Positions 1 to 12,176 of a stretch of DNA of 64,000 bases are shown piece by piece. Each line of letters starts with the position of its first letter. The first letter of the stretch is position 1. Below the pieces are notes generated by a model, which worked only from the letters and a program-made list of their open reading frames with translations, did not search any database and had not been told where the DNA came from. A program made the position numbers and the translations under genes. This stretch comes from Nitrospinota bacterium (lineage in GTDB: Bacteria > Nitrospinota_A > UBA7883 > JACRGQ01). The stretch spans positions 671 to 64,670 of the forward strand of contig JACQEX010000074.1 of assembly GCA_016200345.1 (NCBI GenBank), in the 5' to 3' direction.

Positions 1-511
1 CATCGGTAGCAACCAGAATTACCAGCAATCCTCCCGTTCGGTCTTCTCCCTAAAAATTACCCCGAGGGAGGACAAATACTATATGTTCGAGGTCGGCAAC
101 GACATCCGCAAGCAATCCTTCAACAACGCCACCGGAAGCGGCGCATCGGCGGTCTCGATCACCAAAAACAGCGCCGCCTCCCTGCTGTACACATTTTATA
201 TAGCAAAGCGGTTCGGCAACGTGACGCTCAAGGGCGGGTTAATCGAGACCTCCGGCGGTCTGGGCGCGGACTTACACACTATGAACGACAAACTTATGCT
301 AAGCGTCGACGCCTTTAACCTCGGCGGGTACGACCAATTTGCGACCCAGCCACAGGTTCGGGTCGTGGGAAAATATTATCCGCAAAAATACCTCTATTTT
401 TACGTCGGCGGCGACGAGTTGTTAAACCAATACTACAGGACGTTCATTGCCGGCGTCGGATTGCTGGCCGACGAGGATGACATGAAGTTCTTCCTCGGAC
501 GTCTGCTGTAA
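1..511 (+). CDS. hypothetical protein, C-terminal portion (5' end upstream of window)
   Basis: Frame of ORF 83..511 stays open back to nt 2. Gly/Tyr-rich, beta-strand-like sequence ending ...FFLGRLL. No family recognised. Confidence 0.45.
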   Translation, partial: IGSNQNYQQSSRSVFSLKITPREDKYYMFEVGNDIRKQSFNNATGSGASAVSITKNSAASLLYTFYIAKRFGNVTLKGGLIETSGGLGADLHTMNDKLMLSVDAFNLGGYDQFATQPQVRVVGKYYPQKYLYFYVGGDELLNQYYRTFIAGVGLLADEDDMKFFLGRLL

Positions 512-1660
<1,149 letters not shown>

Positions 1661-1664
1661 GCGT

Positions 1665-2444
1665 TTAGAATCGCGATTCAATCGCCGCGGCGGCCAGTTC
1701 TTTACTCGCGTGCCTCAGGGCCGGTTTGACGACGCAGACGGCGCGGTTGTAGAGGGAGACGGCGTCTTTTTCAACCTCCTTAGTGCAGGGCACGAGTTGC
1801 TGAAGAACCGAGAGGTCGTGAATTTTTCCCAACAACGAATGTAGCGACTTTATTTTTCCGAGCGGCCTTCCGACCGCCTCCAACGTGTAGCGTATTTTTT
1901 TGACGAAAATACGAAACTTGTGAAAATCCGGCGATGACTTCTCCGGCAGGAAGCGTTCGATTTTTTTCAGCCTGCCAAGAAGGGCGGACGCAGTTTTTTG
2001 CGTGCTTGACCGATTTATCTTTACGATTGATTCGGAAAACTTTCCCAACTCGCCTTCCAATTTTGTCCATCGTAGGTTGGTCAGCATTCGTGCGACCTCC
2101 TCGCGCGCCTTTTTTCGCGCCCCGGCCAGACCGGATGTTTTTAGCCCGTAATGTTTGGCGTCCTTCAGGGCGACGTCCAACTGCCGTTGGGCGCCCAGCA
2201 CACATCCGCATTTTTTTAACATGGCGGAAAGCCTGTGGAATTTGGGCGCTTTTAAATCGGATTCGACAAATCCCAGCAACGCCCTTGTTCTTCTAATCGC
2301 AACGCGCATGTCGTGCAGGTCTTCGGCGTCGTCGGCCTCTTGTAAAATTTTGAACAGTCCCTTCATCGCCGTTTTTTGGGTGTTTAGGAATTTTGCCGGG
2401 CGGTCCGGCCACAAAATCCGGCGGACTTTCGATTTTCTTTCCAC
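1665..2444 (-). CDS. CHAD domain-containing protein
   Basis: DLHDMRVAIRRTRALL motif and alpha-helical repeats are typical of the CHAD domain. Convergent with tgt. Confidence 0.7.
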   Translation of the reverse strand: MERKSKVRRILWPDRPAKFLNTQKTAMKGLFKILQEADDAEDLHDMRVAIRRTRALLGFVESDLKAPKFHRLSAMLKKCGCVLGAQRQLDVALKDAKHYGLKTSGLAGARKKAREEVARMLTNLRWTKLEGELGKFSESIVKINRSSTQKTASALLGRLKKIERFLPEKSSPDFHKFRIFVKKIRYTLEAVGRPLGKIKSLHSLLGKIHDLSVLQQLVPCTKEVEKDAVSLYNRAVCVVKPALRHASKELAAAAIESRF

Positions 2445-2569
2445 CAGCGTATTGTCTCAAATTTTTGTTCTAACAGACACTTGCATTTATGAACGTATTA
2501 TTAATTTACGTCCGGCACAGATTTTATCTTGCAAAACGGGCAAGCTTTGATAGAGTAACCCGGTTGTGG

Positions 2570-2726
2570 CTAGTGTAGTGTCCCAGCATCTCCTTTACAG
2601 GCGGTGCATGCACCAACACGAATTGGTAGCAACGGGATTCATCCTGTTTCTGCGCCCGCAGGGCGCAAGGCAGGCTAAAGCCCGCCGCTACCATAGCGTA
2701 GTTATTTTACTGGGACACTACACTAG
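2570..2726. repeat. palindromic composite repeat (family 1, copy 1): revcomp(B)-A-linker-B'
   Basis: Terminal inverted repeats ctagtgtagtgtcccag ... ctgggacactacactag. Central 70-nt module A (2624-2693) is closed by tggtagc/gctacca and contains the hairpin gcgccc-gca-gggcgc. A related copy lies at 27741-27864. Confidence 0.6.
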
Positions 2727-2749
2727 GTTGGCCATGCCCTAAAGGTTTA

Positions 2750-5700
2750 TTGCAAGGAAGTGACGGCATAATAAAAATGAGCGAAGAAAAAATTAACGAG
2801 GGGCTTTACGACCCTTCTTTCGAGCACGACGCCTGCGGGGTCGGTTTTGTGGCGAATCTGCACTCCAAGAAATCCCATGAAATCGTAAGAAACGGGGTGC
2901 GGATACTGGAGAACCTAGAACACCGGGGCGCGTCTGGCGCCGAGAAAAACTCGGGCGACGGCGCCGGAATTACGATCCAACTGCCGGACGAATTCCTTAG
3001 AATCGAGTGTAAAAAACTGGGTTTCGAATTGCCAGAGCCCGGATTCTACGGCGTTGGCATGTTGTTCCTCCCGAAGGACGACGGCGGGCGGAAAACCGTC
3101 ATGGCCGTTTATCAGAAATGCGTGGAGGAATCGGGCCAGGTGCTTTTGGGCTGGCGGCGCGTTCCGACCGACAACAAGGAGCTTGGCGCCACGGCGGTCA
3201 ATTCAGAGCCTTACGTCGCGCAGGTGTTCGTTAAGCGCGGAAGTAACGCGCCGGACCACGACTCCTTCGAGCGAAAACTCTACGTCATCCATCGCTATGC
3301 AAAGCGGCGTGTGCAGGAGTGCGGCGCCAAGGACTCGGATATGTTCTACACCGTGTCGCTTTCCAGCAAGACAATGACGTACAAGGGGATGCTCACGGCC
3401 ACGCAGTTGTCGGGGTATTTTCCCGACCTTAGCGACCCTTCGCTAAAATCCGCCATCGCCATGGTTCACAGCCGGTTTTCGACCAACGTCATGCCGTCGT
3501 GGCCTTTGGCGCACCCGTTTAAATACATCGCCCACAACGGGGAAATTAACACCCTTCGTGGAAACATAAATTGGATGAGGGCGAGAGAGGCCATTTTTGA
3601 GGCTGACCTTTTCACAAAGGAAGAACTGGATAAAATTCGCCCCGTCATAGACGACAGAAAATCCGACAGCGCGATTTTAGACTCCGTCGTCGAGCTTCTC
3701 GTGATGAACGGCAGAAGCCTGCCGCACGTGATGATGATGCTGGTGCCCGAGGCCTGGGCCCGCGACAAGGAGATGAGCGCCTCGAAAAAGGCTTTTTACG
3801 AATATCACGCCACTCTGATGGAGCCGTGGGACGGCCCCGCCTCCATCGCGTTTACGGACGGGCGCATCATCGGCGCGACGCTTGATAGAAACGGGCTTAG
3901 GCCGTCGCGCTACTGTTTGACAAACGACGGGACGCTTGTGATGAGCTCCGAGGCGGGCGTGCTGGATTTCAAGCCCGAGGACGTCAAGCTAAAGGGAAGG
4001 TTGCAACCGGGACGAATGTTCGTCGCGAGCCTCGACGAAGGGAGAATAATCCCCGACGAGGAGATAAGACAGAGAATAGCCGGTTCACAGCCTTACGAAA
4101 AATGGCTTAAGGAGGGAAAGCTGGAGCTTTCCGATTTGCCGGACGTTAAGTCGCCCCACAGGCACGATTTCGCCACGCTCGTAAAAAGGCAGTCCGCGTT
4201 CGGCTACACGTTCGAGGACTTAAAATTAATCCTTGCGCCCATGGCCGACAACGGCGAGGAGCCTCTGGGCTCCATGGGAAGCGACACTCCGCTTGCCGTG
4301 CTTTCGGACAAGCCGCAACTGCTCTTCAATTATTTTTACCAGCTTTTCGCGCAGGTTACGAACCCGCCCATTGACTCCATCAGGGAGGAGTCGGTCATGT
4401 CGCTGGTCTCCTTCATCGGCTCGCAGGGCCAGATTCTTTCCGAGTCGCACGAGCACTGCCGCGTGGTGGAGATTCCCAACCCGGTACTCTCCAACGACGA
4501 GCTTGAAAAAATAAGGGCAATCAAGCACCCGCTTTTCGGATCCGTGACGATACCCGCGCTGTTCCCGGCGGTTGAAAAGGGGGGTAAAAGCCTGGAGTCC
4601 GCGTTGGATAAAATTTGCGCCCTTGCAAGCTCGGCGGTGGCGGAGGGGAAAAACATAATTATTTTGAGCGACAGAGGCGTTGACGAAAACAACGCCGCCA
4701 TCCCGTCGCTCCTTGCCGTGTCGGCCGTGCACCACCATTTGATACGAGAGGGGACGCGGGCCAAATGCGGGATAATCATAGAAACCGGCGAGGCGAGGGA
4801 GGTGCACCACTTCGCGCTTCTTTTGGGTTTTGGCGCTACGGCCATAAACCCGTACCTTGCTTTTGAGTCAATAGCCGACCTTATTGACAGAAAGTTTCTC
4901 GAGACCGTCGCCTCCGAGGAAAAGGCGAAAAAGAATTTTATCAAGGCCGTGGAAAAGGGGCTTTTGAAGACGATTGCAAAGATGGGCATCTCCACAATTC
5001 AATCGTACATCGGGGCGCAGATATTCGAGGCCGTGGGCCTCGGCGACGGGTTCGTCGAAAAATATTTTACGAAAACGGCCTCGCGAATCGGCGGCGTGGG
5101 CGCGGAGGCCATCGAAAAAGAGGCGTTGATTCGGCACCTCTCCGCGAACCCCGGCGGCAGTCCGATTCAAGACACGGATTTAGAGCCGGGCGGACAATAC
5201 TACTGGAGGGCGCGGGGCGAGAAGCACACGATAAACCCGGAGACCGTGCAACAACTCCAAAACGCCGTGCGAAAAAACGACTTCACGGCGTTCAAGCAGT
5301 TCTCCAAGACCGTCACCGAAACGTCGGGCCTCAACACGCTAAGGGACTTGCTTGAATTCACAAATTTCGCCCCTGTTCCCATCGAGGAGGTGGAGCCCGC
5401 GGAAAAGATAGTGAAACGGTTTTTCACCGGCGCGATGTCGTTTGGCTCCATCAGCAAGGAGGCCCACGAAACAATCGCGATTGCGATGAACCGGCTTGGC
5501 GCAAAAAGCAACACCGGAGAGGGCGGAGAGGATCCCGAAAGGTTCAAAAAACTTCCGAACGGCGATTTTCCGCGTTCGGCAATCAAGCAAGTCGCGTCCG
5601 GCCGGTTCGGTGTGACGTCCAACTATCTTGTCAACGCCGACGAATTGCAAATAAAAATGGCGCAGGGTGCGAAGCCGGGCGAAGGCGGCCAGCTCCCCGG

Positions 5701-7312
5701 CAAGAAAGTGGACAAGACGATAGCCAAAGTAAGGCACTCCACTCCGGGCGTGGGGCTTATATCCCCGCCGCCGCACCACGACATTTATTCAATCGAGGAT
5801 TTGGCACAGCTGATTTTTGACCTTAAGAACGCCAATAATCGAGCGAGGATTAACGTAAAACTCGTCTCCGAGGCTGGCGTAGGCACAATCGCCGCCGGAG
5901 TTGCAAAAGGCCACGCGGAGGCGGTCCTCATTTCGGGGCATGACGGCGGAACGGGAGCCTCGCCCCTAAGCTCGATTAAACACGCCGGTCTCCCATGGGA
6001 GCTTGGCCTTGCCGAGACCCACCAGGTGCTTATGAGGAACGACCTAAGAAGCAGAATTGTGGTGCAGGCCGACGGAAGAATTATAACCGGGCGGGACGTG
6101 ATGATTGCCACACTGCTTGGGGCCGAGGAGTGGGGCGCCGCGACGACCGCGCTTGTCTCCGCCGGTTGCATAATGATGCGAAAGTGCCATTTGAACAACT
6201 GCCCGGTAGGGGTTGCCACACAGGATCCGGATCTTAGGAAGAACTTCATGGGCAAGCCGGAGCACGTCGTAAACTTCTTCATGTTTTTGGCGACGGAGCT
6301 GAGGGAGCACATGGCAAAGCTCGGCTTTAAAACCGTGAACGAGATGGTCGGAAGGACCGACAAGCTAAAGGTCAAGGACAACATTACGCACTACAAGGCG
6401 AGGCACGTGGAGGCCGGTAAACTTTTGACCCAGGCGAAATCAAGCGTCTGCGCACCCTACTGTTGCGAGAGGCAGGATTTCGGGCTTGACGGGGTTTTGG
6501 ACCACCAACTTATCGCGTTGGCGAAACCGGCGTTGGAGTCCGGCAAAAAAGTCGCCGGCGAGTTTAAAATCAGAAACGTCAACCGCGCGGTCGGCTCGAT
6601 GCTTTCCGCCGAAATTTCGCGCAAGTACGGCGAGAACGGACTGCCCGACGACACGATAAAAATTAAGCTTACCGGAACGGCGGGGCAAAGCTTCATGGCG
6701 TTCGGCGCGAAGGGGATGACGTTCGAGCTGGAAGGGGAGGCGAACGATTATTTTTGCAAGGGGCTTTCCGGCGCAAAGGCCGTTCTTTACCCGGACAAAC
6801 GCTCCAAGTACAAGGCGAACGAAAACGTGATACTCGGAAACGTCGCATTCTACGGCGCCACCAGCGGGGTCGCGTTTATTCAGGGAATGGGCGGAGAAAG
6901 ATTCTGCGTTAGAAATTCCGGCGCAAACGTGGTGGTCGAGGCGGTGGGAGACCACGGTTGCGAATACATGACCGGGGGAAGGGTTGTCATACTCGGCCCG
7001 GTGGGCAAAAATTTCGCCGCCGGAATGAGCGGAGGAATAGCGTATATTTTGGATTTGGACGGGGCCTCGCGACCAAGGGTCAACAAAGGCCTCGTAGGGC
7101 TGGAAGGCCTTGTGGACGCGGAGGAGGTTGACTTCGTAAAAGGTTTTATCGAGCAACATTTCAACCACACGAACAGCACGCACGCGAAATGGGTGTTGGA
7201 CAACTGGAGGGACGTTCTCCCCAAGTTTATCAAGGTGATGCCGGAGGATTATAAGAAGGTTCTGGAGGAAACGTCCGCATTGACTAAAAAAGGAGTTGTG
7301 TCGGCGGTTTAA
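2750..7312 (+). CDS. gltB: glutamate synthase large subunit
   Basis: N-terminal amidotransferase motif [14 protein letters not shown] with the nucleophile Cys after the initiator region. 1520 aa with FMN and GXGXG domains. The probable real start is the ATG at 2777 (MSEEKINEG...). Confidence 0.95.
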   Translation: MQGSDGIIKMSEEKINEGLYDPSFEHDACGVGFVANLHSKKSHEIVRNGVRILENLEHRGASGAEKNSGDGAGITIQLPDEFLRIECKKLGFELPEPGFYGVGMLFLPKDDGGRKTVMAVYQKCVEESGQVLLGWRRVPTDNKELGATAVNSEPYVAQVFVKRGSNAPDHDSFERKLYVIHRYAKRRVQECGAKDSDMFYTVSLSSKTMTYKGMLTATQLSGYFPDLSDPSLKSAIAMVHSRFSTNVMPSWPLAHPFKYIAHNGEINTLRGNINWMRAREAIFEADLFTKEELDKIRPVIDDRKSDSAILDSVVELLVMNGRSLPHVMMMLVPEAWARDKEMSASKKAFYEYHATLMEPWDGPASIAFTDGRIIGATLDRNGLRPSRYCLTNDGTLVMSSEAGVLDFKPEDVKLKGRLQPGRMFVASLDEGRIIPDEEIRQRIAGSQPYEKWLKEGKLELSDLPDVKSPHRHDFATLVKRQSAFGYTFEDLKLILAPMADNGEEPLGSMGSDTPLAVLSDKPQLLFNYFYQLFAQVTNPPIDSIREESVMSLVSFIGSQGQILSESHEHCRVVEIPNPVLSNDELEKIRAIKHPLFGSVTIPALFPAVEKGGKSLESALDKICALASSAVAEGKNIIILSDRGVDENNAAIPSLLAVSAVHHHLIREGTRAKCGIIIETGEAREVHHFALLLGFGATAINPYLAFESIADLIDRKFLETVASEEKAKKNFIKAVEKGLLKTIAKMGISTIQSYIGAQIFEAVGLGDGFVEKYFTKTASRIGGVGAEAIEKEALIRHLSANPGGSPIQDTDLEPGGQYYWRARGEKHTINPETVQQLQNAVRKNDFTAFKQFSKTVTETSGLNTLRDLLEFTNFAPVPIEEVEPAEKIVKRFFTGAMSFGSISKEAHETIAIAMNRLGAKSNTGEGGEDPERFKKLPNGDFPRSAIKQVASGRFGVTSNYLVNADELQIKMAQGAKPGEGGQLPGKKVDKTIAKVRHSTPGVGLISPPPHHDIYSIEDLAQLIFDLKNANNRARINVKLVSEAGVGTIAAGVAKGHAEAVLISGHDGGTGASPLSSIKHAGLPWELGLAETHQVLMRNDLRSRIVVQADGRIITGRDVMIATLLGAEEWGAATTALVSAGCIMMRKCHLNNCPVGVATQDPDLRKNFMGKPEHVVNFFMFLATELREHMAKLGFKTVNEMVGRTDKLKVKDNITHYKARHVEAGKLLTQAKSSVCAPYCCERQDFGLDGVLDHQLIALAKPALESGKKVAGEFKIRNVNRAVGSMLSAEISRKYGENGLPDDTIKIKLTGTAGQSFMAFGAKGMTFELEGEANDYFCKGLSGAKAVLYPDKRSKYKANENVILGNVAFYGATSGVAFIQGMGGERFCVRNSGANVVVEAVGDHGCEYMTGGRVVILGPVGKNFAAGMSGGIAYILDLDGASRPRVNKGLVGLEGLVDAEEVDFVKGFIEQHFNHTNSTHAKWVLDNWRDVLPKFIKVMPEDYKKVLEETSALTKKGVVSAV

Positions 7313-7332
7313 AATCGTCGGATAATAAGTCT

Positions 7333-8799
7333 ATGGGAAAAATAAACGGCTTCAAGGAATTTAACAGAAAAACCCAGCAGTACCAGCCTGTCGAGCAGAG
7401 AATAAAAAATTATTCCGAGTTCGTGATACAACTCGCCGAAGGAGAGTTGCAAAACCAAGGAGCAAGATGTCTGGAGTGCGGCACTCCGTTTTGCCAGCCC
7501 AACTGCCCGCTTAACAACGTGCCGCCGGATTTTAACGACCTGGTTTTTCGCGGCAAGTGGCGGGAGGCGTTAAAAGTCCTTCTAAGCACGAACAACTTCC
7601 CGGAGTTTACGGGCAGACTCTGTCCGGCGCTGTGCGAGGCCGGTTGCGTGCTTGGTTTGATAGACAAACCGGTCACCATCAAGAACATCGAGCTTTCGAT
7701 AATTGAGCGCGGCTTTAGGGAAGGGTGGATTAAACCCGAGCCTCCCGCGCATAGAACGGGAAAAAAGGTGGCCGTTGTCGGATCCGGCCCGTCGGGTTTG
7801 GCCGTTGCCGCCCAGTTAAACAAAGCCGGACACGAGGTTACGGTTTTCGAGAGGGCGGATAGAATCGGCGGACTGCTAAGATACGGCATACCGGATTTTA
7901 AACTGGACAAAGGCGTCATTGACCGGCGCGTGGCCGTAATGGCCGGGGAAGGGGTCAAGTTCGTTACAAGCGCGGACGTGGGAAACACCGTTTCCGCGAA
8001 AAAGATTAAAAGCGAGTTCGACGCGGTTGTTCTCGCCGCCGGCGCCACCATTCCGCGCGATTTGCCGATACCGGGCCGGGACGCTAAAGGCGTGCACTTC
8101 GCCGTGGAATTTTTAAGGCAAAACAACATGCGCGTCGCCGGCGACGTAATCCCAAAACGGGAGGAGATTCTTGCCACGGGAAAACACGTGCTTGTAATTG
8201 GCGGCGGCGACACCGGCTCGGATTGCGTCGGCACATCCATACGGCAGGGAGCCGCGTCCGTCACGCAAATCGAGCTGTTGGACAAACCTCCGGCCTGGAG
8301 AACCGAGGAGACAAAGTGGCCGACCTTCCCCGGCCCGAAAATGCTTTCCACATCCACCTCGCAAGAGGAGGGATGCACGAGGGAGTGGTCGGTTTTGTCC
8401 AAGGAATTTCTTAAGGATGACAAAGGAAACCTGACCGGAGTAAGACGCGTTCAGTTAAAGTGGATAAACAACGCCAAGTTTGAGGAAGTTCCCGGCTCCG
8501 AGGCCGTGTACAAGGCGGACCTCGCATTTTTAGCGATGGGCTTTCTGCACACCAATCCCAAGGGGGTTGTGGGGGAGCTTGGTTTGCAAATTGACGCACG
8601 GGGAAACGTCCAAACGGACGGCGGATACCAAACGAACGTCCCCGGGGTTTTTGCGGCGGGCGACGCCAGAAGGGGACAGTCCCTCATCGTATGGGCCATA
8701 TCCGAAGGGCGCGAGTGCGCCAGGGCGGTTGACGTTTATCTTTCCGGCTCCACTAGGCTGGAGTCAAAAAACCAAACGCTAAGCGACTCTCTCCGCTAA
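7333..8799 (+). CDS. gltD: glutamate synthase small subunit (NADPH)
   Basis: Two Cys clusters ([24 protein letters not shown]), a FAD/NAD Rossmann motif [15 protein letters not shown], and a 4-nt-scale gap after gltB. Confidence 0.9.
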   Translation: MGKINGFKEFNRKTQQYQPVEQRIKNYSEFVIQLAEGELQNQGARCLECGTPFCQPNCPLNNVPPDFNDLVFRGKWREALKVLLSTNNFPEFTGRLCPALCEAGCVLGLIDKPVTIKNIELSIIERGFREGWIKPEPPAHRTGKKVAVVGSGPSGLAVAAQLNKAGHEVTVFERADRIGGLLRYGIPDFKLDKGVIDRRVAVMAGEGVKFVTSADVGNTVSAKKIKSEFDAVVLAAGATIPRDLPIPGRDAKGVHFAVEFLRQNNMRVAGDVIPKREEILATGKHVLVIGGGDTGSDCVGTSIRQGAASVTQIELLDKPPAWRTEETKWPTFPGPKMLSTSTSQEEGCTREWSVLSKEFLKDDKGNLTGVRRVQLKWINNAKFEEVPGSEAVYKADLAFLAMGFLHTNPKGVVGELGLQIDARGNVQTDGGYQTNVPGVFAAGDARRGQSLIVWAISEGRECARAVDVYLSGSTRLESKNQTLSDSLR

Positions 8800-8870
8800 T
8801 TCAAATAGTCCGAGGCCGAGTAGCGGTCAATTTGAATGTTTCGTGATTTTTCTATAGGCATCCTCGCATT

Positions 8871-8972
8871 GGTGGGTACACCATTCTTGGTGTACCTTGC
8901 CGCGCAAGCGGCAATGATTTTATCGGCCTTGACAGGCCGATGTACACCCTAAAGGGCGTACCCACCGGAAAT
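8871..8972 (+). ncRNA. candidate structured RNA element (family 2, copy 1), unclassified
   Basis: Four consecutive hairpins: ggtacacc-attctt-ggtgtacc; gccgc-GCAA-gcggc (GNRA loop); atcggcc-ttgac-aggccgat; gtacaccc-taaa-gggcgtac; then ccaccggaaat. Compensatory base changes relative to the copy at 43700-43764. Confidence 0.4.
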
Positions 8973-8996
8973 GAAACTGGAGGCAAAAATAAATCA

Positions 8997-10724
8997 TCAC
9001 CCGACGTATCGTTTTACCCTCGGGAGAAAATCGTCCACGACGATCTGTTTTGTAAGAAAATCTTTTGCTCCCAGCCCGTAGACGGTCTCTCGAATCTCCA
9101 TTCCGTGCTTGCCGGATATGATCATGACGGGGATTGATTTTGTGTCGTTCCTATTTTGGAGGTATGCGAGAAGATCCAGCCCGGACATTGTGGGCATCTC
9201 TATGTCGGAAATAATCAGATGCGGCAGGGCCACTTTCCCGGAGAGCATATTGACCGCCTTCGAGCCGTCGTCCGCCTCGGAAACCATCGCGCCGACCTTC
9301 TTTAAGTAATGGCCGACGAGATGGCGGAAATTCTGGTCGTCGTCCACCACCAATATTCGCGGGCGTACGCTTGGGAGCCTCAGGGTAAAGGCGGAGCCTT
9401 TGCCAAGTTCGGATTGAACCTCCATGCCTCCGCCGTGCCAGGCCATGATGTCCTTGGTAAGTTGTAGTCCGATGCCTGCGCCCGCAACCGAGGCGAGCCC
9501 CGCGGACCTTGAATCGTAGTTTATAACGGCGGAAAGTTTTTCTTTTTCCATTCCGGGGCCGTTGTCGGAAACTCTTATGGACGTGTTGTCCCCCTCGTTG
9601 AAGGAGATTACAACCTCATCGCCGCTTTGGCAGTATTTGAGGGCGTTTGTAACGAGGTTTTGCAAAGCCTCGTACAGCAGGATTTTATCGGCATAAATCC
9701 TGCTATTGTGGCGGATTTCATTTACGAGTTTGATGCGCCGATTTTCCGCAACATGACGAAATGCCTCGCAGGCCTTGGCCGAAAGAAGACTCGCGTCGAA
9801 AAACTGTTTTTTCAGCTTCAGCTCGCCGGACCTAAGCCTGCTGAGGTTCAACACGTCGTCAATGAGCCTGCTAAGGGATTTTCCAGACTTGATGGCGCTT
9901 GTAAGAGCGTCGAGCCCGTGTTTTTCAATCGGTTTTTCGGCGTCATTTTCCAATAGCTCCAAAAGGCCTATCATGGAGGCGAGCGGACTTTTTAGGTCGT
10001 GGGCCACGAGGGAGACGAATTTATCCTTCAGCCTTGTCGCCTCCTCGGCCTGCTCCTTTGCCGCGCGAATCGCCTCGTCGGCCTTTTTTCGCTCGGTTAC
10101 GTCGCGCATGCTAAGAACGTACTGGACCTCTCCGCGAAAGATGCATTCCGACACGAAAAGCTCGAAGTCGGTGAATTCGCCCGATTTTTTCAGTCCCTCC
10201 GCCGACACAGCCCTTTCGCGTATCTCGCCCTCCCAGCCGGAAAGAAAAGAGGTATAGCCCTCGACGAGGATTTTGAGATGGTCCTTGGGGATGATGGCGG
10301 AGATGTGTTTTTCCACCAACTCGCTTCCGGCGTAACCCAAAAGGCGGTGGGCCGCGCGGTTGGCCATTTTAATGACGCCTTTAGCGTCAACCCTCATTAT
10401 TCCGTCCGGGGCCGACTCCAACACTGTGTTTACATCGGCCTCCGAGGCGGAAAGCTCGGCCGTGCGCTCCCTGTTTTTGGTTGTTTCTTCCGAAACGCGC
10501 AGATATTGCCGGTGCACCAAAAAATAATAAAGCGGGATTAGGGTCAGGGTCATCGCAAACGCCTCGGCAAAATCGCGCCCCCAAACGGAACCCGAGCCTG
10601 TTTTGAAGGCTACGAACTCGGTGAGTTGGTCCACCGCCATAATGCCGATAAAAAACAAAACGGCGAAAATAAACAGCCGAACCCTTCCACCGGAAAATTT
10701 AGCCACGTTCCAGCTTTCTTTCAT
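8997..10724 (-). CDS. hybrid sensor histidine kinase/response regulator (TM-PAS-HisKA-HATPase-REC)
   Basis: H-box [14 protein letters not shown]-box regions, C-terminal receiver ILVVDDD...ISDIEMP...IISGK. Paralogous to 45546..47537 (same C-terminal PRV(K/R)R(Y/F)VG). Confidence 0.85.
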   Translation of the reverse strand: MKESWNVAKFSGGRVRLFIFAVLFFIGIMAVDQLTEFVAFKTGSGSVWGRDFAEAFAMTLTLIPLYYFLVHRQYLRVSEETTKNRERTAELSASEADVNTVLESAPDGIMRVDAKGVIKMANRAAHRLLGYAGSELVEKHISAIIPKDHLKILVEGYTSFLSGWEGEIRERAVSAEGLKKSGEFTDFELFVSECIFRGEVQYVLSMRDVTERKKADEAIRAAKEQAEEATRLKDKFVSLVAHDLKSPLASMIGLLELLENDAEKPIEKHGLDALTSAIKSGKSLSRLIDDVLNLSRLRSGELKLKKQFFDASLLSAKACEAFRHVAENRRIKLVNEIRHNSRIYADKILLYEALQNLVTNALKYCQSGDEVVISFNEGDNTSIRVSDNGPGMEKEKLSAVINYDSRSAGLASVAGAGIGLQLTKDIMAWHGGGMEVQSELGKGSAFTLRLPSVRPRILVVDDDQNFRHLVGHYLKKVGAMVSEADDGSKAVNMLSGKVALPHLIISDIEMPTMSGLDLLAYLQNRNDTKSIPVMIISGKHGMEIRETVYGLGAKDFLTKQIVVDDFLPRVKRYVG

Positions 10725-10730
10725 CGAAGG

Positions 10731-12170
10731 TTATTTTTCGGCCAGCGCGTTGCTCTTTGAGAACTTTTCCAACGCCTCGGAGGCCTCTTTCATGCCGGGA
10801 TCGAGCCGGAGCGCCGCATGGTACCCCTTCATGGCGGCCGCCGGGTTTCCCACGCTGGAATAAGCCGCCCCAAGGTTGTAGTGGAGCGCCGGGTCGTCCG
10901 GGTCGAGCTTTAGGGCTTTGCTGTAATAGTCGATCGCCTTGTCCGGTTTGTTCAACTGCCGGTAACATATCCCTAGGAAGTTAAATAGGCGGGGGTCCGA
11001 GGGATTTACTCCGACCGCCTTTTCAAACAGCTTTGCCGCGTCCTGCGCCATTCCTTGTCGCATAAAGGCCTCGCCGGCGGTGCAAAGAATTATTTGGTTC
11101 TCCGGATCCACGGCCAGCCCCTTGCCGAGGCAGAATTTCGCCTTGCTCTCCTCGCCGTTCGCCAGGAAAATTTCGAACAGGCTGACCCAGTCCTCCGCAA
11201 GAGTCGGCGTTATGTCCACCGCAAGGGCCATAATTTTCGCCGCCTCGTCGAACTGTCCCATTTTTTTGTAGACCAGTATCAGGTCGTTGTAAGCCGACAT
11301 CAGAAGCGGGTAGATGTTGATGGCCTTTTTAAACTGCTCGCCGGCCATTTGCAGACCGGCTCCGCCGGATTTTTCGTCCTTTCTTTGGGCGTATGCCCTG
11401 CCAAGACCAACGTGCATTCTTGCGTAGGAGCGAATCTCCTCCTCGGGTTTGTATTTGTTTATCGCGTCCATAAAAAACTGCTCGGCGCGTTTAAAATCTC
11501 CGTCCCTTAGAAGCGCCTCGCCGACCTTGAGACAGGTTATAGAGGAATCGGGGTTTTCCCTGTGCATTTCCCAAAGGGCCTCCAACTCCTCGAACGACTT
11601 TCCGGTTTTTTTATAAGCCAGCGCGAGAAGTTTGTGGGCCTCCATGCAATTTGGGTTTAGCGTCACGGTAGTTTTTGCATAGGGGATGACCTCGGAATAT
11701 CTGTTGCACCCGGCGTAAATACGGCTGAGGCTGAGGTAGGGAAGATAATTCCACGGGGCGTATTTTTTGGCCTGCATGATGCGTCCGGCGGAGGTTATAT
11801 AAACGGTCTCCATTTGCGAGGGGAAATGCGATATTTTTTTTCCGCCCGAAAGCGCGGACATGATGGTTTCAATGTCGCTTTTCCGTTTTAAGTCCTCGGC
11901 GGAGACAAGATTGGCGCACACGTCCTCCAATTTTTTCTTCAGGGATTCGGCGGTCAGTTGCTCTTCTAAAAAATAAACGTTCGCAGGGGTGGTTACGTCC
12001 GAAAACTCGGTTGTAATTCCCCAAATAATTACCGGCATCGGAATCGAGGAGATTTTTTCCGCCTTTAGAATCTTGTCCAGTTTTGTGTTGCCGACCCTTC
12101 CGACCTCGTTTTTTGTTATGACAAGATCATAAAAGCCCCCGCCGCGTGTTCTGGAAAAGATTAGCATCAT
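10731..12170 (-). CDS. TPR-repeat protein with degenerate N-terminal receiver-like domain
   Basis: Multiple TPR repeats (…LGxAY…). The N-terminus (YDLVITKNE..IPMPVIIWG) resembles a REC domain lacking the acidic pocket. Paralogous to 44139..45521. Confidence 0.7.
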   Translation of the reverse strand: MMLIFSRTRGGGFYDLVITKNEVGRVGNTKLDKILKAEKISSIPMPVIIWGITTEFSDVTTPANVYFLEEQLTAESLKKKLEDVCANLVSAEDLKRKSDIETIMSALSGGKKISHFPSQMETVYITSAGRIMQAKKYAPWNYLPYLSLSRIYAGCNRYSEVIPYAKTTVTLNPNCMEAHKLLALAYKKTGKSFEELEALWEMHRENPDSSITCLKVGEALLRDGDFKRAEQFFMDAINKYKPEEEIRSYARMHVGLGRAYAQRKDEKSGGAGLQMAGEQFKKAINIYPLLMSAYNDLILVYKKMGQFDEAAKIMALAVDITPTLAEDWVSLFEIFLANGEESKAKFCLGKGLAVDPENQIILCTAGEAFMRQGMAQDAAKLFEKAVGVNPSDPRLFNFLGICYRQLNKPDKAIDYYSKALKLDPDDPALHYNLGAAYSSVGNPAAAMKGYHAALRLDPGMKEASEALEKFSKSNALAEK

Positions 12171-12176
12171 CGACGC

